Notes under the pieces: generated by a model
The model's input: only the letters and a program-made list of their open reading frames with translations
Told to the model about the DNA's origin: nothing
Databases searched by the model: none
Program-made: the position numbers and the translations under genes
Assembly: GCA_964607805.1 (NCBI GenBank)
Contig: CAZSLF010000005.1
Location: 1 to 49,271 of the forward strand
Direction of reading: 5' to 3'
DNA: 49,271 nt
From: an uncultured Candidatus Saccharibacteria bacterium
GTDB taxonomy: Bacteria > Patescibacteriota > Minisyncoccia > Phycocordibacterales > CAIZLB01
Shown: positions 44,963 through 49,271 of the stretch, piece after piece
Layout of the letters: each line of letters starts with the position of its first letter
Position numbering within the stretch: the first letter of the stretch is position 1

Positions 44963-45025
44963 TTTAATTTGTTAATATCCTAACTATCCTCGTCCTATGG
45001 ACTAGGGTATAATAATAAAACTCCC

Positions 45026-45619
45026 ATGGCATCAGAAATTTCAATGGATCAGGTAAAAAAACTTCGAGATAAGACTGGAATCTCAATCATGCAGTGCAAG
45101 AAAGCACTAGAAGAAACAGGTGGCGACGAAGAAAAGGCACTTTTGGTACTTCGAAAGAAAGGTGCTGATGTTGCAGCTAAAAAAGCCGATAGAGAGCTTA
45201 CAGCAGGAACTGTAGCTTCATATATCCATGTAAATGGCGCAATTGGCGCTCTTGTACTTCTTGCTTCTGAAACTGACTTCGTGTCGAACAACGCAGACTT
45301 TAAAGCACTAGCTTACGACATTGCTATGCATGTTTCAGCTGCTAAACCTGAGTTTATTGAAGCATCTGAAATCGGAGATACTGAGAAAGCAAAAGCAACT
45401 GAATTTTTCCAAAACGAAATTCAGGGCAAGCCAGCTGAAATGCAAGAGAAAATTCTTGAAGGAAAACTTGCTTCATATTTCAGTGAGAGAGTTCTTATGG
45501 ATCAGCCATTTATCAAAAATCCTGACCTTACAATTCGCCAGTTGATCGAAAATGCTACACAGAAATTCGGAGAGAAGATTGCTGTTTCTGAGATGTCTCG
45601 CATCTCTGTTTCTCGCTAA
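45026..45619 (+). CDS. tsf: Elongation factor Ts (short form)
   Basis: VKKLRDKTG.SIMQCKKAL, ETDFV, LAYDIAMHV, L.DQPFIKNPD.TI. Confidence 0.96.
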   Translation: MASEISMDQVKKLRDKTGISIMQCKKALEETGGDEEKALLVLRKKGADVAAKKADRELTAGTVASYIHVNGAIGALVLLASETDFVSNNADFKALAYDIAMHVSAAKPEFIEASEIGDTEKAKATEFFQNEIQGKPAEMQEKILEGKLASYFSERVLMDQPFIKNPDLTIRQLIENATQKFGEKIAVSEMSRISVSR

Positions 45620-45640
45620 TTCTACCAATTTTAATCATTT

Positions 45641-46162
45641 ATGATTACCTCTTTAATTATTTGTTCAGTCTCGGCTATATTTTTCGCCCTCCTAGTCTAT
45701 GGTAAGCGGTCCGAACTAAACGGTGGCAGACAATTAATCCGTATTGGTTCTGAATCTTTAGATAATCGATTGCATTCATATTATGAAAGACAAAGAGAGT
45801 TCATCCATTCTGTAGATAGTAAATATGTATATGAAAAATTGCACTTAGTAGCAGAAAAAGTTGAACAATGGGGTCTCATAATGTTAGATGGACTAGTAAA
45901 TAAATTTGGAAGAGCGAAGGATATGGTGTCCGGAAAAGATCTTCCAAAAAATAGGGGAGCAGTATCTTTTTTCCTTAAGCATATTGAATCTCATAAAAAG
46001 AGTATGCAGAAAAATATGAAAAATTCTGCGCATCAAAGCGCTCCACAAGAGGAATCTCCAGATGAATTAAATATGAAGGATATCGATAAGGCAGCTCTTC
46101 AAATAAAAATGGATCAAGTAACTGAAATTTTTGATAATCAAGATAGAGTAGGGAGGGTTTAG
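45641..46162 (+). CDS. Hypothetical protein with N-terminal TM helix
   Basis: Hydrophobic N-terminus followed by a charged helical body; 21 nt after the tsf stop. Confidence 0.65.
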   Translation: MITSLIICSVSAIFFALLVYGKRSELNGGRQLIRIGSESLDNRLHSYYERQREFIHSVDSKYVYEKLHLVAEKVEQWGLIMLDGLVNKFGRAKDMVSGKDLPKNRGAVSFFLKHIESHKKSMQKNMKNSAHQSAPQEESPDELNMKDIDKAALQIKMDQVTEIFDNQDRVGRV

Positions 46163-46169
46163 TAAGACA

Positions 46170-46198
46170 TTGAAAAGGTAAAAAGTGCATGCTATACT
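46170..46198 (+). promoter_or_regulatory. Promoter of tRNA-Thr
   Basis: TTGAAA, 17 nt (ending TG-C), TATACT. Confidence 0.75.
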
Positions 46199-46264
46199 CT
46201 TCAGGTGCGATTTGGCCCCTATAGGTTGATAGAAGGGTAGATAGAAGATGGGTCAACAAAATAT

Positions 46265-46340
46265 GCCGCTTTAGCTCAGTTGGTAGAGCAACTGTTTTGT
46301 AAACAGTCGGTCCCCAGTTCGAATCTGGGAAGCGGCTCCA
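46265..46340 (+). tRNA. tRNA-Thr (anticodon UGU), CCA encoded
   Basis: GCCGCTT acceptor pairs with AAGCGGC; D arm GCTC/GAGC; anticodon arm ACTGT-TTTGTAA-ACAGT; T arm CCCAG-TTCGAAT-CTGGG; 76 nt. Confidence 0.97.
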
Positions 46341-46400
46341 AGAAATTGTTTGGAGTTATAAATTCAGCCAGAATATATTAAATCTCAATAGATCCCGTTA

Positions 46401-47774
46401 TTAGATTCCTTTTGAAGTTCCAATTTGAGTAATTGTCCCAATTGGTGCCCCATAAGTTGAACATCCTACTACTGCATACATTAAGCATTGGCCACCACCG
46501 ACATATGTCCCAAGTGAATTTACGCCAGCACGTAAATTGTAGTATTGATATAGACGAGAGACACCGGGTTGGAATATTAGTTGTTTATTCATTCCTCTTA
46601 CATCTTGGATTGATACAAGTTGGTTTCCACTACAAGTACAAGTATATACTCCAACAATTGGTCCACCGAAGTTAAGAGTTGCTGAAGGGCTTACAGCAGT
46701 CGTGCCCGCTGCGGCTGCTTCTGTTCCTCCACTAATTAAAGCTCCAGCAACAACCACACCTGCTACAACTGCAACTGCAGCGCCCGTATTGTTTGAATTT
46801 CCTGAATTTGAGTTTCCATTGTTACTATTGGCACCGTTTTGTGCGGCGCCGGCAGGTATTTCAAAAGGAATACTGTATTGTTCCAGATTAGGTAAGGTTG
46901 AAGCACTTTTAGTTCCTGGAAATGTATATCTTATAGATGCAGTGTCATCAGAAGTTTTTCCATTTACATAATTTTGAACACGAATACCAATTACCTGACT
47001 TGTGCCAGCATATAGGCTTTGGATTGAATCGTAATTACTAAATTGTTTGATATTAAATGTAATAACTCTCAAATCTGATGTTTGATTAGTTGTGCTACTT
47101 GTACCTGCAGTGCCTGTAAAATATGGTGAAGACGAGGCTTTTAAATATCCAATAGTACTAATTAAATAGTTTTCATTTGGATCAAAATTTCTACCTATAA
47201 TAGTTACTGTATTTAGACAATTAGTTAATACTTGAGGATATACAGAAGAGATTGTCGGCTTCAGAGCTGAAGTATTTGTTGCGGTTTGCTGTGAATTTTG
47301 AGTATTAGTTGTTGTTGATTGAGAAGTTGTGGCGGTAATTATTGTAGTTGAAGCAATAATTTGAGAATATTGTGGAGTTAGTAATAATTGATTTATTTTG
47401 GCTCGGGTATAAATTCCTAGATTTCCAGTTCCTGCAGTAAGTCCTGCAGGAGTTAATACTTCAGATTTGTATAAATTTTGAAATTTAATTACTGCGTTTC
47501 TAGTTCTGGTATCAAAAGTATTTGTAGATGGAATATATATACAAGGATCTGTTTCGGTCAGTTTTGTTCTAGGGTCATTGTTCAAGAAACGTTGTAAATA
47601 TGATACATCAGGGGATTTTACTGAACCAAGTGTTAGATTCGTATTGAAGGTGAAATTTGAGGGAATGAGAATGGCTGATGTGTCAGCGAAAACCATTTGT
47701 AAGCCAGATCCGAAAAGGACGGCTATAAGGGTAATACCGGCTAGAGTGTTTTTGGCAATTGATGAACTTTTCAT
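46401..47774 (-). CDS. Secreted protein with peptidoglycan-binding domain, Thr/Gln linker, IPT/TIG-like domain and Cys-containing C-terminal domain
   Basis: Signal peptide; LTLGS...DV.YLQ.FLN...TR.AVIKFQ...G.LG..TR.KIN (PG_binding_1); PTISSVYP...VTI.G.NF; C-terminal FGG.I...CTC...C...C. Confidence 0.8.
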   Translation of the reverse strand: MKSSSIAKNTLAGITLIAVLFGSGLQMVFADTSAILIPSNFTFNTNLTLGSVKSPDVSYLQRFLNNDPRTKLTETDPCIYIPSTNTFDTRTRNAVIKFQNLYKSEVLTPAGLTAGTGNLGIYTRAKINQLLLTPQYSQIIASTTIITATTSQSTTTNTQNSQQTATNTSALKPTISSVYPQVLTNCLNTVTIIGRNFDPNENYLISTIGYLKASSSPYFTGTAGTSSTTNQTSDLRVITFNIKQFSNYDSIQSLYAGTSQVIGIRVQNYVNGKTSDDTASIRYTFPGTKSASTLPNLEQYSIPFEIPAGAAQNGANSNNGNSNSGNSNNTGAAVAVVAGVVVAGALISGGTEAAAAGTTAVSPSATLNFGGPIVGVYTCTCSGNQLVSIQDVRGMNKQLIFQPGVSRLYQYYNLRAGVNSLGTYVGGGQCLMYAVVGCSTYGAPIGTITQIGTSKGI

Positions 47775-47853
47775 ATAATCTTCATGCAGTTATGTCCATT
47801 TATTATACACTTATTTAGAGCCATTTGAGGCTTGAGAAAACACAAATTGGGGA

Positions 47854-47882
47854 TTGAAAAAAGGGCGTAAGTGTGGTATTGT
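47854..47882 (+). promoter_or_regulatory. Promoter of the terminal glycosyltransferase gene
   Basis: TTGAAA, 17 nt (ending TG-G), TATTGT. Confidence 0.6.
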
Positions 47883-47895
47883 CTGCTGATATTAC

Positions 47896-49271
47896 ATGTC
47901 ATCTGGCAAACTAATTACCCCGTATCTCCATATAGGTAAAGCTAGCGATTTACAAGGAAAAGATCGTATTCTTTATAGATTCTTGGAAATGGTCCCAGGC
48001 CTTTTTTCTTGGGGAACAATTTTGGGAACAATTATACTTTCAGCTTTTGTGCCATTTTGGGCAGCCATTTTTATTATCGCTTTTGATCTTTATTGGTTAA
48101 TGAAAACTTTTTACTTATCCACGCACCATTTACATAATTGGAAAAGATTAAAACATAATCTTGCAACAGATTGGCAGGCGAAACTTGAAGAGGATAAAGA
48201 TAGTTTTAAAAATGGACGAGGAGATATGGGTGGCGAGCACTCGGAATTTAAATTTGAATACACAGATTTATATCATATGATCGTGCTTCCTTTTTACGAA
48301 GAAAGTAATCTTGTTCTTGAAACAAGCATAGATTCTTTTATTGAGGCTAAATATGATAAAAGTAAATTGTTAATGGTCCTAGCCGGCGAAGAAAGAGCTG
48401 GTCCAGAAACTCGGGATCGTGCACTCGCACTTCGAGAAAAATATATTGGAAATTTTGCAGAGTTTATTGTGACAACTCATCCTGAAGGTGTTGCTGGTGA
48501 GATGGCCGGTAAAGGCTCGAATATTTCATATGCTGCAGAGCAGGCGCGAATTGAAATTCTAGATAAAAATGGAATTGATTACCGTAAAGTTATTGTTTCG
48601 GCTTTTGATAGTGATACTACAATTTATCCGCAGTACTTTTCATGTTTAACTTGGCACTTTATGACAGCGAAAGATCCGTATAAAGCGTCTTTTCAGCCGA
48701 TACCATTTTATAATAATAATATTTGGCATGCTCCTGCTTTCTCAAGAGTTGCCGCAGGATCGAGTACTTTTTGGCAAATGATTCAACAGGAAAGACCAGA
48801 ACAATTAGTTACATTTTCATCTCATGCAGTTAGTTTTCAAAATTTATTTGAAATTGGTTATTGGCAGAAAAATATGGTGTCAGAGGATTCTAGAATTTTT
48901 TGGAATTTATATATGGCACATGATGGCGATTATGAAGTTGTGCCAATTTCATATCCTGTTTCTATGGATGCAAACTTGGCACCAACAACTTGGAAGACAA
49001 TGGTTAATATTTATAAACAACATAGACGATGGATGTGGGGTGCTGAAAATCTTCCATATGTTTTATTCAACTTCATCAAGAATCCGCGTATCAAGCTTCG
49101 CAAAAAGATTTCAGTTTCGCTTGTGCAAATTGAGGGCTTTTGGTCTCTTGCAACAAACCCTCTCATGATTTTACTTTTGGGTTGGTTGCCTGTTGTGATC
49201 GGGGGTCGCGCCTTCGGCGCGACCGTATTGTCACATAACCTACCCGATGTAACACGGAATCTTATGACAAT
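47896..49271 (+). CDS. Membrane GT2 glycosyltransferase, cellulose-synthase-like (3' end runs off the window)
   Basis: Hand translation MSSGKLITPYLHIG...; TM helices, LP.Y.E, GKG.N, FDSD, VSEDS and KQHRRW (QxxRW). Open to base 49271; absent from the ORF track. Confidence 0.88.
   Translation, partial: MSSGKLITPYLHIGKASDLQGKDRILYRFLEMVPGLFSWGTILGTIILSAFVPFWAAIFIIAFDLYWLMKTFYLSTHHLHNWKRLKHNLATDWQAKLEEDKDSFKNGRGDMGGEHSEFKFEYTDLYHMIVLPFYEESNLVLETSIDSFIEAKYDKSKLLMVLAGEERAGPETRDRALALREKYIGNFAEFIVTTHPEGVAGEMAGKGSNISYAAEQARIEILDKNGIDYRKVIVSAFDSDTTIYPQYFSCLTWHFMTAKDPYKASFQPIPFYNNNIWHAPAFSRVAAGSSTFWQMIQQERPEQLVTFSSHAVSFQNLFEIGYWQKNMVSEDSRIFWNLYMAHDGDYEVVPISYPVSMDANLAPTTWKTMVNIYKQHRRWMWGAENLPYVLFNFIKNPRIKLRKKISVSLVQIEGFWSLATNPLMILLLGWLPVVIGGRAFGATVLSHNLPDVTRNLMT

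Noticed and set aside
46265-46400. tRNA-Thr as an integration site for an island
   Set aside because: No duplicate of the tRNA 3' end and no integrase was seen in the window.
977-49168. Short ORF-track entries overlapping longer genes (for example 977-1192, 17560-17826, 23792-24100, 37823-38149, 39822-40070, 41619-42056, 48824-49168)
   Set aside because: They are antisense or off-frame shadows of well-supported genes and show no motifs or expression signals.
1-49271. Alternative genetic code 25 (UGA = Gly), as in Gracilibacteria and Absconditabacteria
   Set aside because: Conserved genes are full length under code 11 with no in-frame TGA, and TGA serves as a stop (for example 41489-41491).

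Overview
AT-rich bacterial chromosome segment in standard genetic code 11. It is most consistent with a Patescibacteria/CPR (Parcubacteria-type) genome; this is inferred from gene content, short EF-Ts and ObgE, the rpiB-rpe-split tkt cluster, PG-binding secreted proteins and the near absence of Shine-Dalgarno motifs. Bases 1-21.4 kb are a large surface-glycan locus split into divergent halves. The left half (minus strand) holds DUF268, GT10, GT-D, three GT2, Wzx, an SDR, RfbC and an RfbH/ColD-like dehydratase. The right half (plus strand) holds rfbG, rfbF, a cupin, a ThDP enzyme, PfpI, HAD, HIT, an SDR, a DUF218-like gene, gmd and an O-antigen-ligase/TPR protein. Bases 21.9-46.3 kb are mostly housekeeping: secA, AI-2E, MYG1, obgE, gatB, gap, rpiB, rpe, tkt N/C, pfkB, fba, rplY, lytic transglycosylase, methyltransferase, rpmE, prfA, rpsB, tsf and tRNA-Thr(UGU). 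The window ends with a PG-binding secreted protein and a truncated membrane GT2. The best leads are not in the ORF track: (1) a 308-bp intergenic element bounded by two homologous, mutually inverted, perfect palindromes with covarying stems and a shared 14-nt loop; (2) an RfbH-like 3-dehydratase lacking the Fe-S cysteine loop and any E3 reductase, next to a YerE-like carboligase; (3) a stand-alone 28-aa Lys/Ala micropeptide; (4) a stand-alone 42-aa acidic peptide ending in GGC with a consensus promoter, a pseudoknot-capable leader and a terminator; (5) widespread leaderless-type promoter spacing. No CRISPR array, rRNA, integrase or transposase was seen. All comparisons to reference proteins are from memory; no searches were run.
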